A DNA stretch of 64,000 nt from Mobula hypostoma (GCF_963921235.1 NC_086097.1:235106001-235170000), one strand, 5' to 3'. Shown: positions 12,218-25,582, counted from the first letter of the stretch. Notes: generated by a model not told the origin, from the letters alone. Program-made: numbers and translations.

Positions 12218-15200
12218 GTACAGACCTAGAGCCATCAAATGTTCCTCATATGATAAACCTTTACTTGCTGGAAACATCCTTGTGAATCTCCTCTGGACTC
12301 TCTTCAATGCCAGCACATCTTTTCTAAGATGAGGTGCCCAAAAATATTCACAATACTCAAGGTGAGGTCACATCAGTGCCTTATAAAGCCTCAGCATCAC
12401 ATCCTTGCTCTTGTATTCTAGACCTCATGAAGTGAATGCTAACATGGCATTTGCCTCCTCACCACCCACTCAACCTGCAAGTTAACTCCCAAGTCCTTTT
12501 GCATCTCAGATTTGTGTATTTTCTCCGTTTTGAAAATATTCCACACATTTAATTCTACTACCAAATGCATAACTATGCATTTTCCAACATTGTATTTCAT
12601 TAGCCATTCTCCTAATCTGTCTAAACCCTTCTGTATCCTATCTGTTTCCTCAACACTACCTGCCCCTCCAGCAACCTTTGTATGATCTGCAAACATGGCA
12701 ACAAAACCATCTATTCCATCATCTAAATCATTTATATATAGCATACAAAGAAGTGGTCCCAACACCGACCCCTGCAGAACACACTAGTCACTGGCAGCCA
12801 ACCAGAAAAGGACCCTTTTATTCCCACTTGCTGCCTCTTACCAATCAGCCAATGCTCTAACCATGTTAGTAATTTTCCTGTAATACCATGGGCTGCAGTA
12901 ACTTGGTAAGCAATCTCATGTGGGGCACTTTGTCTAAGGCCTTTTGAGCACATTCTCTCTTGTAATAGTAACTGCACCCACTTCTCTTCTCTCAGACATT
13001 ACAATATCAGGCATACTGCTAGTTTCTTCCACACTGAAGACCGATGCAAAATACTCATTTAGTTCACTAGCCATCTCCTTGTTCCCCATTATTATTTTTT
13101 CTGCCTCACTTTCTAGCGGTCCTTCTTCCACTTTCATTTCTCCTTTATTTTTAACATACTTGAAAAAACTTTTACTATCTACTTTGAGATTATTTGCAAG
13201 CTTGCTTTCACATTTATCTTTTCCCTTCCGATGATTTTTATTGTTGCTTTCTGTAGGTTTTTCAAAACATCCCAATTCTCTGTCTTCCCACTAATTTTTG
13301 CTTTGCTGTATGCCCTTTCTTTTGCTTTTACAATAGTTTTGACTTCCCTTGTCAGCCACAGTTGTAATATTTTACCGTTTGAGTATTTCTTCATTTTTGG
13401 AATACATATGTCTTGCAGCTTCCTCAATTTTTTTTCCCCAGAAATACACACCATTGCTGCTCTGCTGACATCCTTGCCAGCAGTTCTTCCAATTTACTTT
13501 GGCCAATTCCTCTCTCGTGCCACTTTAATTTCCCTTACTCCACTGAAATACTGCTACATCAACCTTTACTTTCTCCCTATCAAATTTCAAGTTGAATTCA
13601 ATCATATTGTGATCACTGGTTCCTAAGGGTTCTTTTACCTTAAGCTCCTTAATCGCCTCCAGTTTATTACATAACACTCAATCCAGTATTGCGGATCCTC
13701 TAGTAGGCTCAACAACAAACCGCTCTAAAAAGCCATCTCTTAGGCATTCAACAGACTCACCCTCTTGAGATCCATTACCAACCTGATTTTGTCAATTGAC
13801 CTGCATGACTACCATAACACTGACCTTTTGCCACTTCTTTTCTATTTCCTGTTGTAATTTGTGGTCTGCTTCCCATCCACTGTTGGGTGGCCTGTATATA
13901 ACTGCCATCAATGTCCTTTGATCCTTGCAGTTTCTTAACACAACCCACAAGGATTCAACATCTTCCTATCCCTCTGATATAACGTGTAACATTGAACATT
14001 CAGCTCCCAACTACAACCATCCTTCAGCCACGATTCAGTGATGGCCACAGCATCACACCTGACAATCTGTAATAGTGCAACAAGATCATCCACCTTATTT
14101 CTTATACTACGTGCATTTAGATACCAGACCTTGACTGCCGTATTTGTTATCCTTCCAGATTTTGCACACTTAATGAATTGACACTCACCCTGTTGGCTTC
14201 AACTAAGTCCCATCACCTGCCTGCCCTTCCTGACAGTCTAACTGTACACTATCTTTATTTTTTTTACCATCTGTACTATCCTGAGTGCCTTCACTCTGGT
14301 TCCACCCCCTGTCAGCTTAGTTTAAACCCTCCCCAACAGCACTAACAAACCTGCCCGCAAGAATGTTTGTCCCCCTCAGGTTCAGGTGCAACCTGACACT
14401 TTTGAACAGGTCATACCTCCCCCAGAATAGATCCCAATGATCCAACAACCTGAAGCCCTGCCCCCTGCATGAGCTTCTCAGCCACGCATAAATCTGTCAT
14501 ATCATCCTGTTTCTACCCCCACTGGTGCGTGGCATAGGCAGCAATCCAGAAGTGACTACCCAGGAGGTCCTGCTTCTCAGCTTTCTATATAGCTCTCTAA
14601 ATTCTCTTTTCAGGACGTCTTTGCTTTTCCTTCCTATGTCATTGGTACCAATATGTACCAAGACATCTGGCTGCTCCCCCTCCCCCTCCAAGATGTTGTG
14701 GACACAATCTGAGATGTCCCTGACCCTGGCTCCTGGGAAGCAACATACCATTTGGGTGTCCTGTTCACATCCACAGAATCTTCTGTCCGTTCCCCTCACT
14801 ACTGAGTCCCCTATCACTACCACTCCCTCTTCTCTCTCATTCCCTTCTGCACCACGGACCCATGCTCAGTGCCCATAACCCAGTCACAGTGGCATTCTCA
14901 TAGGAGGTCATCCCCCACAAAAGTATCCAAAGCGGTACACTTATTTTTGAAGGGAATGGCCACAGGTGTACTCAGCTCGAAGTGCCTATTTCCATTTCTC
15001 CTGACAGTCACCCATCTACTCGCCTCCTGCAACTTCGGGGTGACTACTTCCCTGTAGCTTTGATCAATTATCTCCTCACTCTCCCAAACAAGCTGAAGGT
15101 CATCTAGCTGCTGCTCCAGATCTCTAAAACGGTCATACCTATAGTCAATAAAAAATAGTCTAATGGAGGTGTCTTTACTGTCTGGGTGCTCAAAAGATGT

Positions 15201-15379
15201 GTATAAGGCCAGTGCGAAGCTGTCCTTTGTGGACTTTGACTTTGGTGAGATATTCCATCATGATCCTGAATTATATTTTGTATAAGGTCTTTGTAGTGTG
15301 AGGAGATTGAATGCCTCATCACAGGATACTCAGTCTTTATTTATGTGTGTAGTCCAGATTAGTTTTTGGTCTATAGTTA

Positions 15380-17180
15380 TAACCATATAACCATATAACA
15401 ATTACAGCACGGAAACAGAACATCTCAGCCCTTCTAGTCTGTGCCGAACTCTTACCCTATCCTATTCCCATCGACCTGCACTCAGCCCATAACCCTCCAT
15501 TCCTTTCCTGTCCATATAGCTGTCCAATTTAACTTTTAATGACAACATCGAACTTGCCTCAACCACTTCTGCTGGAAGCTCGTTCCACACAGCTACCACT
15601 CTCTGAGTAAAGAAGTTCCCCCTCATGTTACCCCTAAACTTTTGTCCTCTAATTCTCAACCCATGCCCTCTTGCTTGAATCTTCCCCACTCTCAATGGAA
15701 AAAGTCTAACCACGTCAACTCTATCAATCCCCCTTATAATTTTAAACACCTCTATCAAGTCTCCCCTCAACCTTTACTCAAAAAATAAAGACCTAACTTG
15801 TTCATCCTTTCTCTGTAACTTAGGAGATGAAACCCAGGCAACATTTTAGTAAACCTCCTCTGTACTCTGTCAATTTTATTGACATCTTTCCTATAATTCG
15901 GTGACCAAAACTGTACACAGTACTCCAGATTTGGCCTTACCAATGCCTTATACAAATTCAACATTACATCCCAACTCCTATACTCAATGCTCTGATTAAT
16001 AAAGGCCAGCATACCAAAAGCTTTCTTCACCACCCTATCCACATGAGATTCCACCTTCAGGGAACTATGCACCATTATTCCTAGATCCCTCTGTTCTAAA
16101 GCATTCTTTAATGCCCTGCCATTTACCATGTATGTCCTATTTTGATTAGTTCTACCAAAATGTAACACCCACTTTTTTCAGCATTAAACTCCATCTGCCA
16201 TCTTTCAGCCTACTCTTCTAACTGGCCTAAATCTCTCTGCAAGTTTTGAAAACCTACCTCATCATCCACAACACCACCTATTTTAGTATCATCTGCATAC
16301 TTACTATTCCAATTTACCACTCCATCACCAGATCATTAATATATATGACAAACAACATTGGACCTAGTACAGATCCCTGAGGCACACCACTAGACACCGG
16401 CCTCCAATCTGACAAACAGTTATCTACCGCTACTCTCTGGCGCCTCCCATCCAGCCACTGCTGAATACATTTTACTACTTCAATATTAATCCCTAATGAT
16501 TGAACCTTCCTAACTAACCTTCCATGTGCAACCTTGTCAAGGGCCTCACTGAAGTCCACATAGACAACATCCACTGCTTTACCCTCGTCAACTTTCCTAG
16601 TAATCTCATCAAAAAATTCAGTAAGATTTGTCAAACATTACCTTCCACGCACAAATCCGTGTAGACTGTTCCTAATCAGACCCTGTCTATCCAGATAATT
16701 ATATATACCATCTCTAAGAATACTTTCTGTCAACTTACCCACCACTGACGTCAAACTCGCAGACCGATAATTGCCAGGTTTACTCTTAGAACCCTTTTTA
16801 AACAATGGAACTACATGAGCAATACGCCAATCCTCCGGCACCATTCCCATTTCTAATGACATTTGAAATATTTCTGTCAGAGCCCCTGTTATCTCTACAC
16901 TAACTTCCCTCAAAGTCCTAGGGAATATCTTGTCCGGACCCGGAGACTTATCCACTTTTATATTCCTTAAAAGTGTCAGTACTTCCTCTTCTTTAATTGT
17001 CATACTTTCCATAACCACCTTACTTGTTTCCTTTACCTTACTCAATTCAATATCCTTCTCCTTAGTGAATACCGAAGAAAAGAAATTGTTCAAATTCTCC
17101 CCCATCTCTTTTGGCTCCGCACATAGCCGTCTACTCTGATTCTCCAAGGGACCAATTTTATCCCTCACTATCCTTTTGCC
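15380..17180 (-). mobile_element. 5'-truncated CR1 LINE (RT to 3' tail)
   Basis: Minus ORFs 16638-17168, 16314-16634, 15767-16168 and 15462-15770 carry consecutive CR1 ORF2 motifs. Tail TAACCATATAACCATA. Confidence 0.95.
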
Positions 17181-17294
17181 CTAGAATACTGATGGTGGGG
17201 CTCTTGCCAACAATAACGTCTATGAATAGCAAGACTGTGGGTGTGTTTTTGGAAATAGTCATTCTCTGGGATTTTCATGGTTGAAAAATTCTAA

Positions 17295-20155
17295 TTAAAA
17301 TTTATTATCAGAGTATATACATGTCACCACATACAACAATGAGATTCTTTTTCTGCGGGCATACTTAGCAAGTCTGTAAAACAGTAACTGTAAATAGGAT
17401 CAGTGGACAACAAAATGTGCAAATGTAAATATACATAAATAGAAATAAATAATGAGCATGAAATATGAGGATAAAGAGTCCTTAAGTTGAGACCATCGGT
17501 TGTGGGAATAACAGAAGTAGAGATCATCAGTTGTGGGAACAACAGAAGTAGAATAAGTGTGGCTCATTCAATTGTTCAGGAGCCTGATGGTTGTGGGGTT
17601 TAAGCTTTCCTGAACCAAACACCTGTACCTTCTATCTGATGGCAACAGTGAGAAAAGAGCATGGCCTGGGTGGTGAGGATCTTTGATGATGGATTCTGCT
17701 TTTTTACAGCAACATTTCATGTAGATGGTTGGGAAAGTTTTACCTGTAATATACTGGGCCAAATCCACTACCTTTTGTAAGATATTCTGCTCAAAAGCAT
17801 TGGTGTTTTCATGCCAGGCTGTAATGCAGCCAGTCAGCACATTTTCCACCACACATCTATAGAAGGTTTTTGATGACATGCCAAATCTCCGCAGACTTCT
17901 GAGGAACTAGAGGCATTGTTGTGTTTTCTTTGCAATTACATTTATATGAAGGGTCCAGGACGGGTTCTCTGACATAGTGGCACACAGGAATTTAAAGATG
18001 CTGACTTTTTCCACCTCTGATCCTGTGATGATTGCCGGCTCATGGAACTCTGGTTTCCCTCTCCTGAAGCCTACAATCAGTTCCTTGGTTTTATTGACAT
18101 TGAGTGAGAGGTTGTTGCTATCACACCATTCAGCCAAATATTCAATCTCTGTCCTGTATGCTGATTCATCACCCCCTTTGAGACAGCTCACAACAGTGGT
18201 GTCATTAGCAAACGTGTATATGGTGTTGGAGCTGTGCTTAGCCACACAGTCATAGGTGTAAAGCAAGTGGAACTGGGAGCTAAGCACACATCCCTTTGGT
18301 GCTCCTGTGCTGATGGAGATTGTGGGGATGTTTTTGCCAATCCGAACTGACTGGGGTCTGTAAGTGAGGAAATCCAGGATCTAATTGGAGGCGCGACGCA
18401 GCGCGCGCAGCCGTTCCGAATAGATATCGATATGTGTAACTAGGGGCTGTGCATCAATCCGGATTTGATGGGGGACGGCCGTGAAGTGCAGAGGAACACC
18501 TGGAGAAACTTCTGAAATGCCCGCTTCGCTGCCGCTGCTACTGTGCGATCGAGAATCTCTGGAGACGAAGGCCCCAAATCCTCGGCTTTGCGTATCGCCT
18601 GTTGCCGGGGCCGGGGTCGAAACGCTCAGCAGAGATGGTGCTCGGTGCTCAGTATCGGAGAGCTGGTCGGAGGCTCGGAGTTTTTGGACGGACTCAGAGT
18701 CAGATTGTGGTCAGATGCTTCCGGGATGCTGCATCGGCAAGTTTGTGATGCTGGAGGATTACCGTCTGCGTGAGACGATGGGACTTTCGAGAGACTTTGA
18801 GACTTTTACTGTGCCATGGTCTGTTCTTATCAAATTACGGTATTGCTTTGCACTGTTGTAACTATAGGTTATAATTATGTGGTTTTTGTTAGTTTTTAAG
18901 TCGGTTTGTCATGTGTTTTCGTGATATCATTCTGGAAAAACATTTTTATTATTTCTTAATGTATGCATTACTAAATGACAATAAAAGGGGACTGCGTGTC
19001 CTCATAATCATAATCATAATTGCACAAGGGGGCATTGAGGCCCAGGTCTTGGAATTTTCTGAATAATTTTGAAGGGATGATGGTATTTAATGCTGAGCTG
19101 TAATTGATAAAGAGCATCCTGATGCATGCATCTTTGCTGTCCAGATGTTGCAAGGGTTGTGTGAAGAGCCAATAAAATGGCACCTGTTGTAGACCTGTTG
19201 CATCAATAGGTGAACTGGAGCAGATCCAAGTCACCACTCAGACAGGAGCTGATATACCTCAACGTCAGCTTTTCAAAACACTTCATCACTTTGGATGTAA
19301 GTGCCACTGGGTGATAGTCATCGAGGCAGGTCACTGCACTCTTCTTGGGCAGCAGTATGATTGAAGCCTGCTAGAAGCAGGTGGGTACCACACACTGCCA
19401 GAGTGGGAGGTTGAGCATATCTGTGAACACGCCAGCCAGTTGTTCAGTACCGGTCTTCAGTTACTCTGTCCGGACCGAATGTTTTCCTTGAATTCACTGT
19501 CTTGAAGGCAGCCCACACATCATCTTTATACACCGAGACCAAAAGATCATTGGGAGACATGAGGGTACCCGATGGTTCCTCCCTGTGCTGGTGGTCAAAT
19601 TAAACATAGAAGGCATTGAGCTGATCCGGAAGCAAAGCTCTGCTGCCCCCTATGTCACAGGATTTAACTTTGTAGGAGATTATGCTATTCAAATCTTGCC
19701 ACAGCTGTCCAACATCCCTTATTGATTCCAGTCTGGTCTGGAATCTCCACTTTTCCCGTAAGATGTCATTCCAGTGGTCATACCTGCATCTCTTGTAGTA
19801 TTTTTGACCTCTGGGCTTAAGTGCCTCTGATCTGGCTCTCAGCAAATTCTGCATATCATTGTTCATCCAAGGCTTCTGATTGGGGTAAACTCTGAACAAT
19901 TTTGTAGGGCACACTCATCCACAGCTGTTTTAATAGAGTCTGTTATGTCCCCTGTGAGGTCATTCAGGTCCTCAGATGAGTTTCTTATACATGGTCCAGT
20001 CCACTGACACAGAGCAACCCTTTAATTGTTCCTCTGCTTCCCACGACCACCTCTTAGTTGTCTTGATCTCTAGAGCCTTGCTTTTTAGACTGTATGCAGG
20101 TTGTAGGAGCACAGCCAAATGATCTGACTTGCCAAAATGCCGTCTCGGAAAGGAA
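17295..20155 (-). mobile_element. Degenerate Rex1/Babar LINE
   Basis: Minus ORFs include YPNQKPWMN, RMLFINYSSALNTI, FANDTTVV..LSLNVNKTKELIV and FYRCVVENVLTGCITAW. Interrupted at 18388-19016. Confidence 0.85.
18388..19016 (+). mobile_element. Non-autonomous GC-rich retroposon (about 630 bp) with LINE-type tail, copy 1
   Basis: TSD-like TAATTG (18382-18387 and 19017-19022), 3' AAATGACAATAAA plus (CATAAT)n. Homologous along its length to 51214-51837. Confidence 0.8.
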
Positions 20156-20211
20156 ATATTTTTTATGGAACAAATGTTATTTGTTCATGCCTGAATGTTA
20201 TTTAGAGCTTG

Positions 20212-21346
20212 TGTCATCACCAATAATAAAATAAAATACAATAACAAAAATAACTAAAATATCAGCCAGGAACACATGCACTCTTATGACTCAAGATTCA
20301 CAGCATGGCCCCTGTCACCCACGTTTTTCTGAAGCCAAGACAGAAAACTATTATTTTTATACAGAATTGGCTTATCAGTTACGGATATTGACCATTTGGT
20401 AAATTGTTTGTTTCAATTCCTTACTTGCACGATCAATCGCCATTCACAATAGTGTTTATAAAAGTCAATCGAAACTTCAAACTGACAATCATAGATATTT
20501 TGAAGTTAGTAAACGAATTGTCACTTAGCTGTTGAGTGTACTTCCATCTTAAGTGTATTTTATAGGAGCGTCTTGACGCATTGAGAGCGTCTTGACAAGT
20601 TGCATTTCCACCTGGTATGGGAGCAGCCAAGCATCGGAACGGAAGTCCCTACGAAAGACTTTGAGAATGGCTGAGAGGATCATAGGAGTCGCCCTACCAT
20701 CCATCGGGACATTTATCAGGAGCGCTGCATACGCAGAGCCATTAGTACTATTAAGAATCTCACCCACCCATCCAGCATCCTCTTTGACTTTCTACCATCT
20801 GGCAGGACACACTGATGCATATAAACAGGAATTGTCAGAATGAGAAACAGTTTCTTCCCTCAGGCCATTAGGCTTCATATTCAAAGTGTCACTGGTTAAT
20901 CTGTTCTGTACCTTACAGTATTTAATTTAAGCTCTTTATTTATATGTAATCCATTTGTAGATTTCATTTTTACTTTCATAAGTTATTGTGTGTTATGTGT
21001 GGATTTACACCCTGGTTCAGAGAAACATTGTCTCATTTGATGGTATGCATGTATATAGTTAAATGACAATAAACTGGACTTGACTTGACTTCCATTATTC
21101 CTGTCTCGTCTGTCTCCAGCAGCCCCCCATTGTGTAAAGGGATGCTATGTTTTATGAAAACCTTTTGAACAAAGTCTCACTCATCTGGCTTGAATATGAA
21201 TTGCCACTGTCACTTCTGCCTATCTTGTCTATAGTAAGCAGAGGTGCCTCCAGCAGACTCACTTCAAAGTGCTCACTTGACTATAACTGCTCAGGCTAAC
21301 CTTTCCTGTACATTGTTTTTAACCTTTCCCTTTCAACAACTTTACA
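20212..21346 (-). repeat. 3' LTR of ancient ERV (interrupted by a Rex1-type fragment at about 20560-21092)
   Basis: Begins TGT on the minus strand directly after the PPT AAATAGGAGGGAA (21347-21359). Collinear with 26332-26665 plus 29797-30148. Confidence 0.75.
20560..21092 (+). mobile_element. Rex1/Babar-type 3' fragment
   Basis: TSCISTWYGS..ERKSLRKTLRMAERIIG and tail AATAAACTGGACTTGACTTGAC. Same family as 51085-52250. Confidence 0.8.
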
Positions 21347-21359
21347 TTCCCTCCTATTT

Positions 21360-23140
21360 GTTGTGTAGAGAACAACATAAATCTTACTAAATTTTATCAG
21401 TGCAGAATCTCTGAAACTCCATGACAGTTTCATCTGGGACAGTTGGCTGTTGATATCAGGAATGTATATGCAACTCTCTGACTGATAATGACACAGATAC
21501 TACCTCGCTTAGACAACAGAAAGTCTAGTCCTAGTCAAGACTAGGGAGCTGGTGGTAGACCTGAGGAGAGCTAAGGTACCGGTGACCCCTGTTTCCATCC
21601 GGGGGTCAGTGTGGACATGGTGGAGGATTACAAATACCTAGGGATATGAATTGACAATAAACTGGACTGGTCAAAGAACAGTGAGGCTGTCTACAAGAAG
21701 GGTCAGAGCCGTCTCTGTTTCCTGAGGAGGCTGAGGTCCTTTAACATCTGCCGGACGATGCTGAGGATGTTCTACGAGTCTGTGGTGGCCAGTGCGATCA
21801 TGTTTGCTGTTGTGTGCTGGGGCAGCAGGCTAAAGGTAGCAGACACCAACAGAATCAACAAACTCATTCGTAAGGCCAGTGATGTTGTGGGGATGGAACT
21901 GGACTCTCTGACAGTGGTGTCTGAAAAGAGAATGCTGTCCAAGTTGCATGCCATCTTGGACAATGTCTCCCATCCACTACATAATGTACTGGTTGGGCAC
22001 AGGAGTACATTCAGCCAGAGACTCATTCCACCGAGATGCAACACAGAGCGTCATAGGAAGTCATTCCTGTCTGTGGCCATCAAACTTTACAAATCCTCCC
22101 TTGGAGGGTCAGACACGCTGAGCCAATAGGCTGGTCCTGGACTTACTTCCTGGCATAATTTACATATTACTATTTAACTATTTATGGTTTTATTACTATT
22201 TAATTATTTATTGTGCAACTGTAACGAAAATCAATTTCCTCTGGGATCAATAAAGTATGACTATGACTATGACTATGACTATTTTCAAGCACCACAGTGC
22301 AGGTTGTCAGCATTTCATCAGTAATGTCATTGATAGCCTGACTTGTACCATGTAGCACTCAGGCTGTGTTAATAGCAAGTTTCTCCAACACTGAGGCCAC
22401 GTTAATGCTTTTTGAGTCATTATGGCAGGTTCCCAGAACAGAAACACTATATTTCAGAAACATTCAGTCTCTATAGTTCTTTGATGGCAGTCCCACACTG
22501 TAGGATATAAAAAGAAAATGGGGAGGTGGAACATCTATGGTACCATGTAGCCTAAACAGCAACAACACCTCCACGGCTTCAGTTTAGGTCAAAGATCCCA
22601 TTTTAGAGAGGACGCCCCTGGCAGCCATTGATAGGCTTGACGTCCACATATCCAGGAAGTACTGTGAATGAGATTTGGAGTGTCACCAAATTTGGAGTTA
22701 TGGGATAGACATTGCATGTACTCTTACCTAAGTCTAGACCCATCAATTAATGGTTACAGTAACATATTTCACCTCTATCCCTATGAAGCAGCTTAGGAGC
22801 AGGTAGACTATGCAATCATTCTAAGTAGATTGATAACAACCTTCTAACAGTTGCATTGGCAAGAGCCATTTCTATTGGCAATGCAGTCCTGTGCTCCCTT
22901 TACAGTTTAATTTTGCTATCAAAATAAAACACGGAATCATACTCACTATGATTCTGAGGTAGAAACATATTGGCAAATCAGCTTTCAAATACATAGACAC
23001 TAGAGCATACCCAACAACCTGACATAACTAAGTTAATCTTAACTAAGGTGAAGAAGAGTGTTAGGAGTAGTAGTGTTGTGATGCACCTCTGCACTTAGGT
23101 AGAAAATAGATGTCCAAATTATCCAAAACGTAAAATGCAT
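21360..23140 (-). pseudogene. env: Degenerate gamma-type retroviral env, split by a Rex1 insertion
   Basis: Manual translation gives a signal-like MHFTFWIIWTSIFYLSA from 23140, CWVC (23005-23016), SWICGRQAYQWLP (about 22619-22657), CLGYMVP, a heptad region, then VVLEN|RLGLDFLLSKRGSICVII (ISD; 22281-22295 joined to 21490-21536) and CIYIPD (21455-21472). Confidence 0.85.
21537..22282 (+). mobile_element. Rex1/Babar 3' fragment (relatively young)
   Basis: ORF 21758-22129 is nearly the same as 26926-27525. Tail AATAAAG(TATGAC)n. Confidence 0.9.
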
Positions 23141-23219
23141 AGTGATTACTTATGGTGGTAAGTAGCAAAGATCAATAGTTCAGCCTATCAGTCCTTATCA
23201 ACAGTGTTTGTCCACTCAC

Positions 23220-23650
23220 CAGTTCCCTGCTCAGTGGCACCACTGGCTTAATGTGTAAGGTATGTATCCACCTTGGCGTTCCTTGGATACTTGAAGTAGT
23301 GTATGTGGTCAGCATCACTTGGAATGGACCGTTCCAGTGGGGCTACAGGCAGTTCTTTCATTGGTAGGCTCTCACCAATCTCCTGGCTGGTAAGTGTTGC
23401 ACTCTGCAGCTGGCACAATCTCCTGGGCTTTAATTTCCTGCTGATTGGAACCGAGAGTTTATATTGGTGCCTTTCAATACTGCAACATGGTTTCATTCAT
23501 ATTATGGATGTCTAACCTGTTTAATTAAAAAAGGGGGAGCGACTGTCAAATGGATGGGACGCCCCAAAACTATCTCATGCGGTGATAGGTCTGTTACACA
23601 ATTAAGCAACATTATTCAAGACGAAAACTACCAGTCATAAGTGGGTCATA
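23220..23650 (-). pseudogene. pol: Retroviral integrase, C-terminal half
   Basis: Manual translation across frameshifts: LSPHEIVLGRP (23556-23585), YQPGDW (23375-23392), PHWNGPFQVMLTT (about 23304-23342) and PRWIHTLHIKP. Confidence 0.85.
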
Positions 23651-23654
23651 TAAG

Positions 23655-24305
23655 TTAAAAGTTCAGAGTTCAAAGGACATTTATTATCAAAGTATGTATA
23701 CATTAAACAACCTAGAGATTTGTCTCCTTGCAGGCAGCCACAAAATAAAGCAACCCAAAAGAACCCATAAAAAACGAAGACCCAATGTACAGAAAAAAAC
23801 AAATTGTGAAAACAATAAAAGTTAGCAAATAGCAGAGTCAAGCGAGTCCACAGACATGAATCGCAGAACAGGCCACAACCTCAGTTCAGCACAGAGCTGA
23901 GTAAACTTTGTGGAGCAACGAGCAGAGCCCGCTCAACCTTTACCTCTGGTCCTGACACCCTGCCTTTTTAATCCATTTGGCCTGGCACTTAAATTGTCCA
24001 AGCATTAGGTTGTTCCGCATTTTACGACCCAGGCCCTTTCACTTTGATACGCTCTGGGTTTGGATGCCTCTGCCATATTTCAACCTGTACCCGACCTTCC
24101 TAATTCAGCCTTGTGCTTAGATCAAGCAAATCTCTGGACCTTTTGGTTCAGGTGAACGGGCCTCAATTCTGCATTGCCTCCCCCACCCGACTTTGCCTCG
24201 CCTCCATCTACTTCGAATCTCCCCTCCATCTGCCTCACACCCATTCACATTGACTCACAACTTACTCTGTCCACCGCCCGTTTATTCTCTGCCTCGCCTT
24301 CACAT
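23655..24305 (-). mobile_element. Retroposon with (TTTGAAC)-type Rex1 tail inserted in the ERV
   Basis: Minus-strand tail GATAATAAATGTCCTTTGAACTCTGAAC resembles those at 5473 and 38550. The body is non-coding and its 5' boundary is approximate. Confidence 0.55.
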
Positions 24306-24479
24306 TATACACATAAGGCATGAGTATAAAGCAGGCAATGTTGAAACTGAATTCTACAGTGAAATTTTAAGCATTAGTTAATCTGGTAAGGAATAACCAA
24401 AATTTGATCACTGTCAATTTTGTTAAATATAAAACAAAGCTATAAACTAAAGTCACTTTCAAATGGTGTAGGATAGCTA

Positions 24480-25340
24480 TCACAGTATCTTTAAAACAAT
24501 GCCCTTTGTTGTTACAGGTTACAGTGGAGCAGCCGGGAAGTCACACACAGATATTGACCCCATTCCCCGTAACGGCCTTAATCTCTTGATGCTGTAATTG
24601 CTTTTGAAAATATTGTAAAACACTTACAATTTTACCTAACTCTCTCATCTCACACAAGTAACGGTACATGTTTTACTTTAATATAGGTTGCAATTTATTT
24701 ATAATAACATTGATTAAGAAGTTTCTAAAATTAATCTGGAATACTTTTGAAAACATTTACGCAAGTGTTTTACATATTGATTAACATCATTTTCTCACTT
24801 TTTTAATGCCAATCGACTGTGCGAGGGTTACATTTTCTTAGGGATCCTACTATTTCAGTTCAAGGATAACTTAAATCCTCATTTCACACATCCCCTCTGC
24901 ACCCATTGTACCATCAGGTAACCGACGTGCCTCCCTTCTCCCATAGTGCTATTGGGAACCGTCACCTGTGGCAAGGCATCAGCTGACACCAGCCTCACCG
25001 AATAGTCAAGATGCATCACTTGGCGTGGGCCTTGTTGGAAATGTGGCTTGGAGTGCAGGGGTACAGAGTCCAGTTCATCCTCCCGCTCTGGTGCTAATTG
25101 TTTCTTTTTAAACACTGAGGTACTTCTATTCTTTGACTATTCTTTCTGTGTCCTTTCATCCTTAAATTTTGCTCACTTTTTAACAGCTTTTTGCATTTCA
25201 TATCTACGTTGAACAAACACAGACCGCCCTAACGCCATGTTAGCAGACACTCACAGTCCCTTCAAAGCACGTCAACATACTTAATCCTTTCTGGTACAAA
25301 CATGCTTCCTGCTGGAGGCCTTTAGAGGGTCTGGGGGACA
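24480..25340 (-). pseudogene. gag: Highly degenerate retroviral gag remnant
   Basis: Capsid-like VDW...ENDVNQYVKHLRKCFQKYS...INKLQPIL (about 24660-24830) and a frameshifted zinc knuckle C..CNNKGHCFKD (about 24487-24524). It lies in the expected position between the PBS and integrase. Confidence 0.55.
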
Positions 25341-25357
25341 GAGGATGTTCATGCTAC

Positions 25358-25361
<4 letters not shown>

Positions 25362-25398
<37 letters not shown>

Positions 25399-25401
25399 AC
25401 A

Positions 25402-25465
<64 letters not shown>

Positions 25466-25493
25466 GACACAGACAGACACACACACACACACA

Positions 25494-25534
<41 letters not shown>

Positions 25535-25582
25535 ACACACGCACACACACACACACACGCACACACAGACACGCACACACAG

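Larger units (their letters stand above)
10828..15135 (-). mobile_element. Long degenerate CR1 LINE (ORF1 esterase, EN, RT, 3' tail)
   Basis: ORF1 VVIGDSVVRGTDRRFC...VHIGTND at 14497-14823, ORF2 pieces at 12439-13454, and a 3' end at 10828-11240. Interrupted by the solo LTR at 11241-12217. Confidence 0.9.

Noticed and set aside
23248..23496. 82-aa minus ORF with flanking splice-like signals, considered as a host exon
   Set aside because: The other frames carry integrase motifs (PGDW, GPFQV, WIH), so it is an off-frame reading of ERV pol.
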